A stretch of 64,000 nucleotides of DNA, taken from positions 363 to 64,362 of the IMG/VR virus record IMGVR_UViG_3300042896_000343. One strand, written 5' to 3'. The notes under the pieces were generated by a model. It saw only the letters and a list, made by a program, of their open reading frames with translations, had not been told where the DNA came from and did not search any database. Position 1 is the stretch's first letter. Each line of letters begins with the position of its first letter. This DNA comes from a virus (lineage: Duplodnaviria > Caudoviricetes). The position numbers were made by a program, and so were the translations under genes. Shown here piece by piece: positions 50,901 through 58,502 of the stretch.

Positions 50901-51932
50901 CATGCATTTAATGAGATTAAAAAAACAATGTCTGATGAGAATAAAGATTTATATGGTAAAATGGTAAGACTTGCTGTATTACAGTCTGGATTGACAAATT
51001 CTCCTATTGCTTTTACTAACTTATTACCTTATGAAGATTTCAAAGAAGTATATAATAAAACATTGTCCAATTTAGAAAAAATGCCTAACTTAGCTGACTT
51101 TCACAACTTAAGAGTTTTTGAAAGAAACAATTGGAACAACAGAGATATTATTCCATTTAAGAAAGCAAAAATGGAAGAAGATATGTCTGGAAGAATGTAT
51201 AATCGTGATTTAAAATTAGATGTTAAATTAACAAAAGCAGTAGCAAATAAAGCTATACCTAAAATTGTAGGTATAAGTAAGTTTTCATCTGAAGGACGTT
51301 CTGATTTTATGGTGTATAGTTGGGAAGATAAAATTTCACAAGAGGTTAGAAAAATAAGAAGAAGATCTGGAGATAGATCTCATGTTAATAAAATGTTGAT
51401 GCAAAAAGTTTATACTACAGATGAAAATGGTAATATAATTCCTTTGGTAATGACTACCACAGCTAAATCTGGAAGAGTATATCAGAAATATATTTATAAA
51501 GCTGTAAATGCTTGGGGAGATTCTTTTAGAGCACAAGAATTTTATGCTGAAAAAAGAGCATCTGTATTGAACAATGATTTTACTAAAATAGAATATACTC
51601 AAGATGAGAATAGACAAAAGTTAAGTTCAGCTGAAGTAGAAGATGATCTTATTATATCTATTTTAAATGGAGAAAAAATATCTTTTGCTGAAGGAATGGA
51701 TATTACTCAAGATGAATTGCTAGAAGACTATTCTCAAACAACAGGACAACCTATAGGAAATCCTATTGAAGTGGGTACTGAAAATACATTTCAAAAAGAA
51801 ATGGAAGCACTTAAAGAAAAAATAGAAGAACTTTCATATATGATAAGTTTGAGTGGAGAAGATCCAGAACAAAATGCTACAATAAAAGCATTAAAAGAAC
51901 AAGTTGGTAAAATACTTAAAAAAATCTGTTAA
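38910..51932 (+). CDS. virion-packaged RNA polymerase polyprotein (crAss-like two-barrel RNAP)
   Basis: 4340 aa; catalytic GSDFDIDK (DFDID at 49053-49067) preceded by RIPTQ; ETDGG and KPIVSG motifs; zincin-like YHEIFE at about 44784; hydrophobic Gly/Ala helices at the N-terminus. Confidence 0.92.
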   Translation: MPDTNPKTLLDRLALEKQFSGYTPPSGPSPLPSVSYTGLDTSLPNTITPNVGGSGIGGKERSLSSLENFLLQKEGDGRQMGGSISRSLEEVSSNRYGNFVPGDYNNEDAYGQGQNWGEKMVNGVGKGLLLTGTTFLQSTVGLVNGLYKWGEDGRPSSFYDNEFTRNLDEINKAAEDALPNYYTDAEKNANWYSPTKLISANFLWDGIVKNMGFAAGAALSGGVYASALRAFPLTARLFSVGKAAEALAATEEGLLAAGKIAETYGKVRSLSDKFLKSYNVMNPAGRAVVAGLSTTGEAGFEAYHNLNDFRNEKIEEFKSINGGLEPMGADLERINQMADEVGNSSFLANAALLTATNYIQFPKILGSSYTAEKGVINSLTKGIDDIVEEGGTFVVKKAKGGKFLSTLNKIRPYTFSTSEAFEEGAQFAIGKGVQDYYNKQYQNQDSSFIDSFSTGISETIGSNEGMESILIGGLSGAIMMGKGRFQENTEKSRNTTDAIQSFNKFRLSDFTKATFNSVNRGVVLQEEREALLKQGDINNSKDVEADYVINYLTPRIKYGRYDLVTSEIADYRALASTDVGFSQLKGEGKALETDTKESYLKRLSGFEQTADNVKSMYQSLNLRYGGAIDKDGNRMYTDAVIDKMVYATAKIADYDKRIPELTNKLITAGIDINQVVEDLVNGDVESFNAGIETIQNLPRLTDDQKEDIAIAFEDVSEMSIRRDNFLKEYNEIKGKPQNFKSNEETSTTEVNEKGKALPKETINVKTKSGIRDLEVGTEYFIGKMTERSEKGHKVFRSPIITILGKNEDGTIKIKDSDGLIHDLSESLIEQYRLGRVSSTKANKKAMFYMTNWNKQYRHYGRKNKDGSPVLGRLDYNSKDRILNFTYIQNGKIKTEEVTGDQFVAKKGYVHGMIKETAELTAAEQKIKDEFVEEAKTDPRVDAKRAKRLEILNELFEDLSKRQAIGKELIDKKQKEISIIKAELEKLTQDIQNAESDKRAKSGNFRFKSVARKALQNAMRLSRTVEQLEQDIERLETDREEIEFNLGYIADLAGNIDNTSTNFYDFMADLEEETMNLEILQEETIKQINLLSRLLKETQAALDSAIKFISNIIQKFESKYPDVPTIMGQPWVDYLKSNPMFLFESKAYKEELQGIEDSIALLEDADITPNEVRIEDLQNHLSIMAASLVDVQKQISAREVVLNKFAEIAERHRLQVAEEDKMSKNEALRKAIIGTLMTNTQATFENDSFEAASKKDDLTVVGSTRPVDDGKPHQERANIFGANIDTFENRDEIKGSIVTSKTEGELIPGLTEHLLSNLTEAQKEKYSVDDVIVLVMTTTTEEGLLVPVDQKGQPILDPTKYLTEAIYQVFPAKDLKGNYVNADGKTVSGSMFREDTSKEVVDSLTAQYSAWRDTELAKTTLDNPVDFKASFGIPEYVQKWDDTKQEFVRDYDARVPVQETGLLKKGALKTNQVIEVATNNESVTEGKVTFNTPLGRVFLRIPGKGLVKLLNRKLNKAESENIYNVILQISKNAQNDGELKQDSLVLFEWLKSVVYWGIPKDQDKKRKTPGYNSVWFEEVYEDGVAISRLFISGKTTESTQAFEFTPSALENRKGEITFLLEQLYNNTNATKVNDKSWNTPYVEITGLNEEGKPIVTTWPNYQTYLLSNKSPNEDGDLTEKRNLDIIPLVTQLKPLASEEDTNRKSVYFTLSKTAEDFALPEEKKTTPVGINPTPVVPTVSVAPVITPVTNTPTPTPVVKIPPAPKPKKVYKLDGSEETITMGTLGELTFKLDAQKQNSENPAGALSFPTDSAPIKALMLSAGVDQMTAVQQIYSNIIAHFGPQIASMSIPVQAPIEDKVIEVKPAENVVITPAESTTPSARPRATRPTDDVYRLQLIEEAKQFETENWKKVEEFIKTNFPNVPVYRVKNMIQATNGKQAWGMLHDGAIYIYENAEVGTAYHEIFEAVWKMFEGPKNKQKIIDEFRNREGSYNDRFTGESVQYKDATAEQLKEEIAEEFRDFVLTGKMPTRVSNKSLIARMFTDLVNFIKEFFTGKSAVNNTQKLFDRIGNGYYAQYNPYESKLSYANKGIIDIEDAQGTNASEYRIQTIPALQVHDILQQMTYSTLAKLTKDNKNLFTKTKENKKELYTRLKEEVLNLVGWQLDLMDDAIEKKEVTAEEIAIKYNNTNDLYNNISLEWDSLVKKHQEQLKTFSIEFDENDDIDLESEESSVSGKSDWQDATKIDSFRKANSAIKLLLGTLPIKQLVNNKSVPKRSSIGGFTLMAADAVHIDLTNKLFDSTNIEDMFFKLKELAVDNDSYATLYRRLTNSEPDNKKSRVDFSNLDNDGLVLVSAFWKSIKKQNADVVSVFILSTGEVVISDSTLSSSTKASKKEMLTSMAEAIKANKMPYLSYNAKSGKYSATDTVKKIQLKSNELKQYVDFLKNLGIDFTVRDLETKLNDSQLKLFKTAVDGILTSLKKVGGIVTIDGVNIDTGIDYITTKSLDIDKRLTQLGTVRAIIENPEFESTYFNINGERSQNYIGTNATSELFNTLSKLKNIKDLNDPKKGFTSFKFLLTDKFAKGSVVLKKMFDIGLDGTGNRIENSEGLLKPVFIDGTIDDESGKKTASSKQTIKQRLIQELNLNTSGIYMNLVPGDAAIEHAIKMHEEGDEFVTESLFSTDQYFNIFKDYLISEIELSRDSRVVAGKNKATDLRFFKAILGETLHDKIIKNKTVAPEQIYKDNKEEINKAIKAFIINEAKETEDLLKYYGILENGAEGLVADKLLFAEGVELTDSILKTKLGVLSVNYIIANIEMHKLIYSDPYQYKDELKRIKNFNSPRQLLLHGSVAYNESLDASYNKYYAQGDIGHSDMNREHFRTITLGDVWSVNENLGYDEEYEETDGGGMSTLRGHRILKIRSADWTVDNERQYMYDIAFEKNIKKLPLNEYEKLLLKEGNPGIKSTYTPIKPIVSGSKDNGRDFNDVVMHKYALYPLSFRILYEINPESNAIKLYNKMQNEDIDYAVYSSGSKVGTEKVSPLYNDNGTFNETSFEDEAEKKGNLPAKTLRAVSNIPFSIMGIQAEVPSKETASTTQGSQITKLVTMDFLEGGVPINFEVKDTKGKIITDFGQRFSAWYNLSEEDKLKNSLYKEIKQNQMLLEAKIEDGYKTLLKKLGIKETTTEQVVGNKKVKVKSFTISDVKKLSNTLREEILKREVNDNVTDAFEGFEKGDVVLEATPAYQQIRNILYSIADKNVVRPKISGGMKVQIPSTLLESNRIATKTINGKTAYTSDVLGFYKDEDGKRVCEVMVGRWFKSNKTDAQLLDYFNNTEEGQKELAALSGVGYRIPTQKQNSIDAFKIKQFLPKEFGDSVVVPSALVKKVGSDFDIDKLSIYLKNMFTDSEGKLKVVPFLGIGEEAKNKFFKLFDEGKLLSKSQIKTLNEELSLVTSTVLENDPISKIFEEFGTFTEEDVLEDFIQDLKESGVRETVVDKMYKQSLENAYITSLEKLISNPLNYSNLVKPNDAEPLKSLAKKINAKLGRKEIDYAYAGNMLSRKFMSGLRQAFVTGKYAIGIAAVAQTGHAQRQRTPTYLDFDRLKGDLINDVDKAILGNSSLSTIFATDTNINFQEYNSAVIDGKESPVLAMVKSKSKNPETQYISDVNGMFIDGYVDISKGPWIMELGATPNVASTWLFLVDLGVPIETIAYFMNQPIIKDYLANIENKGYSWLFIDNIIEDSLDRFASKTDIAVTGIPSEAELLDLVGKDPNETNSKSDKFLTDNQKAQQQYMLKEFLKYAKMASHVFEVTQGSNFDTATINDPYLVFKKQMQLKKARTTIISSVDKILENSFVGPLKDIIFNFRDAFATVLISDRSTVRNVMETVLTPYIGMNDRNFVKTSQKAVNDLFDWAVQTDMKINRKVASILLGNTNEASAAEQIIEYRDSIIGNPDKGITPKEDHPLFNNIILNSLKMESGLNRGENKVNNLFIVGRENKVYDQNLIIHAFNEIKKTMSDENKDLYGKMVRLAVLQSGLTNSPIAFTNLLPYEDFKEVYNKTLSNLEKMPNLADFHNLRVFERNNWNNRDIIPFKKAKMEEDMSGRMYNRDLKLDVKLTKAVANKAIPKIVGISKFSSEGRSDFMVYSWEDKISQEVRKIRRRSGDRSHVNKMLMQKVYTTDENGNIIPLVMTTTAKSGRVYQKYIYKAVNAWGDSFRAQEFYAEKRASVLNNDFTKIEYTQDENRQKLSSAEVEDDLIISILNGEKISFAEGMDITQDELLEDYSQTTGQPIGNPIEVGTENTFQKEMEALKEKIEELSYMISLSGEDPEQNATIKALKEQVGKILKKIC

Positions 51933-51934
51933 TT

Positions 51935-54900
51935 ATGGCTACATGTCCAAATAAAAATTTACAAGAGTGGAAAGAACTAGTTGATTCCCAAGGAGAAGAT
52001 ATAGCATACTATCTTTGGGATAAACATGAAGGAAATCTACCTACAGATGTATTAAATAATTCTAAAACTTCTGAACAAACATTAGAAAAAGTAAAAGAAG
52101 CTTTAGTTAAAATGGGAGTTAAAATAGAAACTTTAGAAGAATATGCTAAGTCTACAGGAATAAAACCTAGTTCAATAAATGGTGTAGCAGATTTAACTAG
52201 AGGAGTTATTGCTGTAGCACAAGGTCATGAAGATGTAGCTTTAACAGAAGAAATGGTCCACATAGCTACAGCTATATTGGAACAAACTAATCCTAAATTA
52301 GTTACAGAACTTATTAGTAAAATCGAAAGATTTAAAATATTTAAAAAAACATTAGAACAATACAAGAATAATAAAAATTATCAATTACCTAATGGTAAAC
52401 CTGATATTCGTAAAATTAAAAAAGAAGCAGTTGATAAATTAATTGCTGAAGTTATTGTGAATAATTCTGAGAATGGTCAAGACTTTCCAGAATTAATGAA
52501 TGAAACAACAAAAAGAACTATTCAAAGTTGGTGGGAAACTATTAAAGATTTTCTTAAAGGAGTATATAGAAAATCAAACATTGATATATTTAAACAAGCA
52601 GCTGAACAAATTATTAGTGGTGATGTTGGGGGCACTGTAACAGACATTAAAGAAACAGGAACATTTTATCAAATTAAAAATGATGCTGTTGATAAAATGT
52701 ATGATACTGTTTTAGATTTTGATAGTAGATTAAAACTTAATCCAGGAACAGTAACAGATAAAAGACATTACACATTTGATGGTGAGGTTGTTAAAAAGTC
52801 TGTAACTGAAAAAATTAAAGGAAATTCTACTATGGGAGAAAGAACTCCTGAACAAAAGATATCTGATGATCAAAAAAGAGATTGGGGATCAGCAGGGCAT
52901 GATTTTATAGATAATTATATAACTACAAATCTTCTAGATAAAGATGGTTATAAAAAAGACACATTTGATACTACACCAATAATTACTAATCTTAATACGA
53001 CTATTCAAAAAAACTTAAAAGCATTTGCTGAGGAGCTTATCAATTCTTATGCTCCTGGAACTAGATTTGTTACTGAAAGAAAAGTAATAAATACTAAGGA
53101 AAATGGTATGCTTGCTTCTACTATCGATTTCTTAGCTATTGAGCCTAATGATAAAACAGGTGTAAAAGTGGATATTCTTGACTGGAAGTTTTCTACTTTA
53201 GATAAAACTAAAGATGAAGATATTCCTTGGTTTAAAAGAAAAGAATGGCAACCACAAATGGGAGAATATACTAAAATTATGTATCAATACGGTTTACAAC
53301 CAAACCAATTGAGAAAAGCACGTATGATTCCTTTTATTAGTAATTATGAATATACTGTTGTAGGAGATAGTAAAAGTCCATTACAATTAAAATCTTTAGA
53401 AATAGGTAAATTAGATTCTCTTACAGAAACTAATTTATATTTATTGCCTGTAGCTTTAAATACAGAAAGTACAGGAAATAAAGCTGTAGATAATTTATTA
53501 GGGTCTTTAAGAGAACAATGGGAAAAATTATATAAAAAGAAAGTTAGTGAAGAAGAAAAATATGTTAAAAACTTAGATCTTAATGAATTAAGTAAAGCTA
53601 TTCGTTTCTTACATTTAAAATTAGATTTTGATCCTTTATATGATATTGGTAAAACCTTTTTAAATAATGCAAGTAAAACTCTTATTGAGTTTGAAAAAAC
53701 AGATATATCTTCTTTAGATACTGAAAGTCTTAATACTAAACTAGGAGAGCTTATTGAGTTTTCAAATAGTGCTAAGAAATTTACAACACTAGATGCTGTT
53801 TATTTATCTAATACACCAAAAGAAAAACTTACAAAAACAGAAGTAGAAACTTTAACTAAGTTAGAACACCTTGCAGGGGCTACAGATAGAATGCTTAAAA
53901 AAATTGAAAGACTTCAAACTGAAGTAACTATTCAAATAGCTATTAAAGAAGGAGTAGAACTTGAAATAGTTGAAACAGATGCTGGAGAACAAAGAATACA
54001 AGCTGAAGTTAATGTAAATACTCTTGCTAAATCTTTCTTAGAGGGATCAAAACTTTCTGCTACTATTATCAATCTAGCTTCTAATTTAATCATGAATGCT
54101 AAAAGTCTTACGAAAAATAGTATATCAAGACAAATGAAAGAGTATGAAAAACTTTTATTACCACTAGAAGCTGAAGCTAAAGCTAGAGGGAAAAAAGCAT
54201 TTGATATGATTGCTACTATGAGCCCTACAGGATTATCATTAGTTAAAAAAATTGATAGAGCTTTTTGGGATCAAATTTCTAATGCTAAAGACTCTAAAGA
54301 TAAACAGTTCTTTTTAGACAATATGGATAAAGTAGAATATGATAGATTAGCAAAAGAAACTTTAGATAAAGGAATTATTGATTTAAATAACAGACAATTT
54401 TCTTCTGATGCAAAAATAGATAGTGAAAAAAGACAATTTGCTATTGACAGATTAACTAAGTCTTTAGATATAAACAGTAAAGATTTTAATGGTTATTCTA
54501 ATGTAGGATTTAGTATTTTATTTAGAAAAGCCATGAAAGAAGAAGGGCATTATTCTAAAGAGTATGAAGAAATGCGTAAAAGTAAAGCAGCTTTAGATGT
54601 ATGGAATTTCTTTTCTGAATTAAATAACAAAGGTAAAGAAATGGGTTATTTAGGAAGACAGGGATCTTCTTTCTTTCCTTTAATTGAAGCTACTACATTA
54701 GAGAAGTTTTATCAATCAAAAGATGTTGCAGGACAATCTTTAGATTTCTTTAAAGATCTTTATACTTCTAATATAAATGAAGATCAATCTTTTTCAAAAA
54801 CTGACCCAGAAACAGGACAATTAAGAAAAGATGTTCCTAAGTATTTTACTAGTACAGACAAAAACGTTAATCAGTTATCCAGAGACCTTAATAAAGTTGG

Positions 54901-56650
54901 AGCTATGTGGATAAAATCTTTAGCAGATTACAAAACAGCTAAATCTTTAGAAAACACTTTACTAACTTTACATTCTGCAGAAGCTGCAAAAGGTAGTCTT
55001 GTATTAGGTCCTGATGGAGCTGTAATATTTGAAGCAGGAATACCAAAAGTTAATTATGATGTAAACAAAAATGCAGAAATATTAGATACAATTATTAATG
55101 ATGCTATATATGGAATTAAAGAAGATCTTGGATCTATAGGTAATATAAATCTTAGTACTGTAACTGATAAGTTTTCTAAAGATGCAGAAGCGAAACAAAC
55201 TAGTGTAGTTAACATTAGAAAAGGATTAAAAAATTCTGATACACTTGTTAGGTCTTTAGCTGTTGGTATGAAACCTTTAATTGCTATTGCCAACTGGGCA
55301 GGTTATCAATTTCAAGCTTATATTAATAGTGGAAATATGTACACTTTTAAAGAGTTTGAAAAAAATAATTTAAAAGTTTCTGTTGGTAATATGTCTACAG
55401 AAGAAAGAGCTTTATTAGATCTTGTTATTCCTTTGTCTGATGATCTTACATTAGAAATGAGAAGAGAACTTGCTAAAAAACAAGGATGGTTAGAATATAT
55501 AAGTACATGGTCTTTTACAGATGTTATGATGCTTACCAACTCTTTTCCAGAAAAGAAATTACAATTTGCTAATGCTTTAAGTTTTATTCAAAACTCTATG
55601 GTAGTTGGAGATAAAATTGTAAACATTAGACAATTTGTTAAAGAACAAGATAGAAAAACTAAATATACATTAACACAAGCAGAAAGAAAAACTTTAGAAA
55701 AAACATTTGAAGAAAGAATTTTAAAACTAAAAGAAAGTTCTTCATTGACTAAAGTGGCAGTAATGGGAACAGAAGAAATTACTATTCCTGGGGTATCTGA
55801 AATTGAGCTTGCTAAATTTAGAACTAAAATTATTGAATATGGTAGAAACTTAAATGGACAAATGAATGAAGATAATAAAGCTGGATATCGTAGAGATACT
55901 ATCTTTAGTTCATTTATGATGTTTAAAAACTGGATACCAAAATTAGTTTCTAGTAGAGTGTTAGATATTAAAAAAAATGTTGAACTTAATGAATGGGAAT
56001 ATGGTAGAGGAAGAGCATTTCTTAAAGCTTGGGTTCATTTAGGAATATCAAACACTTCAAAAATGATGGATATTATTAATGGTACAGAAGAAGGGTTAAA
56101 GATTCTTGATGAAATGCTAGAAGCTAAAAAAATTGAACATTATAAAAAGACAGGACAAACTTTAACTATTACTAACGAAGAGTTTTATGATCTTATGAGA
56201 CAACAAATTGAAAATCAAATAAAAGAATTACAATTACTTATAGGAACAATGGCATTAGTGTTTGCTGCATCAGCAGCTGAACCACCAGAAGATGCTACAG
56301 ACATAGAAAAAAATAGATATAAATTTTGGGCAAAAGCTATTAATAAAATTCATGATGAGATAGCTTTTTATTACAACCCTACATCTATGGATGCAATTAG
56401 TAAAGGATCTTTAATCCCTTCAATTGGATTATTACACAAAATATCTAATATATTTACTAGTTTTGGAAAATATAGTTATGGTCAATTTATAGATGATGAG
56501 GATATGGTTGATAAAGCAAATCCTTTAAAATACTTTTTAAATATAGTTCCTTTTGGTTCTCAATTTCAAACAGAAATATTACCATATATTTCTCCAGAGC
56601 TTGCAAAAGAAATGGGAATTAGAACAACTGTAGAAGCTAGAAGACAATAA
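51935..56650 (+). CDS. large cargo protein with degenerate zincin and PD-(D/E)xK nuclease-like domain
   Basis: MATCPN start; TEEMVH; G..GH...ERKV...ASTIDFL...ILDWKF...QMGEY; C-terminal MMFKNWIP region. Confidence 0.75.
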   Translation: MATCPNKNLQEWKELVDSQGEDIAYYLWDKHEGNLPTDVLNNSKTSEQTLEKVKEALVKMGVKIETLEEYAKSTGIKPSSINGVADLTRGVIAVAQGHEDVALTEEMVHIATAILEQTNPKLVTELISKIERFKIFKKTLEQYKNNKNYQLPNGKPDIRKIKKEAVDKLIAEVIVNNSENGQDFPELMNETTKRTIQSWWETIKDFLKGVYRKSNIDIFKQAAEQIISGDVGGTVTDIKETGTFYQIKNDAVDKMYDTVLDFDSRLKLNPGTVTDKRHYTFDGEVVKKSVTEKIKGNSTMGERTPEQKISDDQKRDWGSAGHDFIDNYITTNLLDKDGYKKDTFDTTPIITNLNTTIQKNLKAFAEELINSYAPGTRFVTERKVINTKENGMLASTIDFLAIEPNDKTGVKVDILDWKFSTLDKTKDEDIPWFKRKEWQPQMGEYTKIMYQYGLQPNQLRKARMIPFISNYEYTVVGDSKSPLQLKSLEIGKLDSLTETNLYLLPVALNTESTGNKAVDNLLGSLREQWEKLYKKKVSEEEKYVKNLDLNELSKAIRFLHLKLDFDPLYDIGKTFLNNASKTLIEFEKTDISSLDTESLNTKLGELIEFSNSAKKFTTLDAVYLSNTPKEKLTKTEVETLTKLEHLAGATDRMLKKIERLQTEVTIQIAIKEGVELEIVETDAGEQRIQAEVNVNTLAKSFLEGSKLSATIINLASNLIMNAKSLTKNSISRQMKEYEKLLLPLEAEAKARGKKAFDMIATMSPTGLSLVKKIDRAFWDQISNAKDSKDKQFFLDNMDKVEYDRLAKETLDKGIIDLNNRQFSSDAKIDSEKRQFAIDRLTKSLDINSKDFNGYSNVGFSILFRKAMKEEGHYSKEYEEMRKSKAALDVWNFFSELNNKGKEMGYLGRQGSSFFPLIEATTLEKFYQSKDVAGQSLDFFKDLYTSNINEDQSFSKTDPETGQLRKDVPKYFTSTDKNVNQLSRDLNKVGAMWIKSLADYKTAKSLENTLLTLHSAEAAKGSLVLGPDGAVIFEAGIPKVNYDVNKNAEILDTIINDAIYGIKEDLGSIGNINLSTVTDKFSKDAEAKQTSVVNIRKGLKNSDTLVRSLAVGMKPLIAIANWAGYQFQAYINSGNMYTFKEFEKNNLKVSVGNMSTEERALLDLVIPLSDDLTLEMRRELAKKQGWLEYISTWSFTDVMMLTNSFPEKKLQFANALSFIQNSMVVGDKIVNIRQFVKEQDRKTKYTLTQAERKTLEKTFEERILKLKESSSLTKVAVMGTEEITIPGVSEIELAKFRTKIIEYGRNLNGQMNEDNKAGYRRDTIFSSFMMFKNWIPKLVSSRVLDIKKNVELNEWEYGRGRAFLKAWVHLGISNTSKMMDIINGTEEGLKILDEMLEAKKIEHYKKTGQTLTITNEEFYDLMRQQIENQIKELQLLIGTMALVFAASAAEPPEDATDIEKNRYKFWAKAINKIHDEIAFYYNPTSMDAISKGSLIPSIGLLHKISNIFTSFGKYSYGQFIDDEDMVDKANPLKYFLNIVPFGSQFQTEILPYISPELAKEMGIRTTVEARRQ

Positions 56651-56679
56651 ATAAATAATTAGGAAATTATTAAACGTTT

Positions 56680-56744
56680 ATGCTATATTATACATAGTTT
56701 AAATTTTTTTAATTTCCTAATTAAAAATTAAACTTTTATATTTG
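56680..56744 (+). promoter_or_regulatory. ATGCTATATTAT motif (copy 3) plus -7 promoter element for the lysis operon
   Basis: Motif at 56680-56691; TATATTTG at 56737-56744. Confidence 0.55.
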
Positions 56745-56804
56745 TAGTTAATATTAGCTAAACTATAAATCAAATGTATCAAAATAAAATTTAACGGTAT
56801 TAGA

Positions 56805-57125
56805 ATGGAAAATAAATTTGAGCAACATGTAGAAAAAGAACTTAAAAGTATGGATCAGCGTTTAGAAGATCTAGAGGAAAAAATGACCTCTATTGATACC
56901 AAAATTACACAAGTAGTTGATGCAATTTTGGGAAATCCTCTTACTAAATCTGGAGGATTTGTTACAGATATTGAAACATTAAAAGCAGAAATTAAAATTT
57001 TAAAAGTTAAAATTGAAAAACAAGAAGATTTTAAAAAAAGAGTTACTTGGAGTATTGCAATAATTATTGTTCTTGCGTTTATATTAGAGTATTTTACTAA
57101 ATTATATATAGTTTTAACCAAATAA
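56805..57125 (+). CDS. coiled-coil protein with C-terminal TM helix (lysis cassette; holin/antiholin-like)
   Basis: Heptad repeats followed by WSIAIIIVLAFILEYF. Confidence 0.55.
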   Translation: MENKFEQHVEKELKSMDQRLEDLEEKMTSIDTKITQVVDAILGNPLTKSGGFVTDIETLKAEIKILKVKIEKQEDFKKRVTWSIAIIIVLAFILEYFTKLYIVLTK

Positions 57126-57127
57126 TT

Positions 57128-57736
57128 ATGGAATATATAAAAAAAAATTTTTTAACATTATTAATTGTTATTTTATTATTTATTATTTTTATACAAGATG
57201 TAAAAAGATCTAAAATTGTAGAAAAACCAACAATAAAAAGAGATACAGTCTGGGTTCAAAAAGATTCTGTGATTTACAGTAGACCTTTAATAACTAAAAC
57301 AATATTACCAACAATAATAGAAAAACATTATATTGCTGATACTAATAAAGTAAAATTAACAGAACAATATAATGAGTTAGTTAAACTTTATTTATCTAAA
57401 AATATACATAATGAAAAAATTAAAATAGATAGTCTTGGTTATGTTGACATTACAGACACTGTAAGTAAAAATTTAATTCAAGGTAGAAAAATATCATATG
57501 ATTTAAAATACCCAATAGTTACTAATACAGTAACATTATCACCATTAAGAAATAATCAATTATATTATGGAGGAGGAATTGAATTAAATCCTTCTCAATT
57601 AATTAATCAATTTAATGCTGGTTTATTATTAAAAACAAAATCAGATCATATATATAGTGTTTATGGTGGTATAAAAACAGATGGACAATTTCAAATAGGT
57701 TTACAATCATATTGGAAAATATCATTTAAAAAATAA
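57128..57736 (+). CDS. membrane-anchored protein, possible spanin
   Basis: N-terminal TM helix, RDTVW/KDSV repeats and C-terminal amphipathic beta strands ending YWKISF; located in the lysis cassette. Confidence 0.5.
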   Translation: MEYIKKNFLTLLIVILLFIIFIQDVKRSKIVEKPTIKRDTVWVQKDSVIYSRPLITKTILPTIIEKHYIADTNKVKLTEQYNELVKLYLSKNIHNEKIKIDSLGYVDITDTVSKNLIQGRKISYDLKYPIVTNTVTLSPLRNNQLYYGGGIELNPSQLINQFNAGLLLKTKSDHIYSVYGGIKTDGQFQIGLQSYWKISFKK

Positions 57737-57741
57737 TAATT

Positions 57742-57993
57742 ATGAATATATTTGTTAAAATATTTAAATACATCGAACCAATGTGGTTAGGTGCTGATGA
57801 TAAAATATCAATTAGAAGAGTATTAGCTCTTGTATTTTCTGTAGATTTGGTTATTAATATTTCTTTTGTTATTTTTAATTGGATTCCTGGACAGTCTTAT
57901 TCTGAAATAGCTATGCTACTAGGACTTGAAGCGGGACTTATTGCTGCTTTATTATCATTAACAACATATTCTGCAACAATTTTTAATAAATAA
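57742..57993 (+). CDS. putative holin
   Basis: 83 aa, KISIRR followed by two TM helices; immediately before the endolysin. Confidence 0.6.
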   Translation: MNIFVKIFKYIEPMWLGADDKISIRRVLALVFSVDLVINISFVIFNWIPGQSYSEIAMLLGLEAGLIAALLSLTTYSATIFNK

Positions 57994-57995
57994 TT

Positions 57996-58496
57996 ATGAA
58001 AACAGGAGTAGAAGGAAAAAAAATAATAAAATATTATGAAGGACTTCATGATGGAGATTTACATATTATTGGATTGCAACCTAAAATGGACCCTGTAAAA
58101 ATATGGACTGAAGGGTGGGGAAGAGCTATGCGTGATAGTAAAGGAAATTTTATAAAAGGAACAGCAAACAAGGCTTTAGCATATTCAAGAATAACAATTA
58201 AAACTATTGAACAAGCTGATAAAGCTTTAAATGAAGATTTACTTGTATTTGAAAAAATTGTTAATTCTAAAATTAAAATAGAACTAACTCAAAATCAATT
58301 TGATGCTTTAGTATCTTATACTTATAATACTGGAGGATCTGCAACATTATTTAAATTAATAAATAATAAATCTATTTCTAATGATATTAGAAAATGGTTT
58401 GAAAATCATTACATAACAGGACAAGGATCTAAAAAACCATTAACAGGATTAGTAACTAGAAGAAAAGCAGAAGCTAATTTATTTTTTAAATTATAA
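57996..58496 (+). CDS. endolysin, GH24 phage lysozyme
   Basis: IKYYEG...D...WTEGWG, LTQNQFDALVSYTYNTG, GLVTRRKAEANLF. Confidence 0.92.
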   Translation: MKTGVEGKKIIKYYEGLHDGDLHIIGLQPKMDPVKIWTEGWGRAMRDSKGNFIKGTANKALAYSRITIKTIEQADKALNEDLLVFEKIVNSKIKIELTQNQFDALVSYTYNTGGSATLFKLINNKSISNDIRKWFENHYITGQGSKKPLTGLVTRRKAEANLFFKL

Positions 58497-58502
58497 AATA
58501 TT

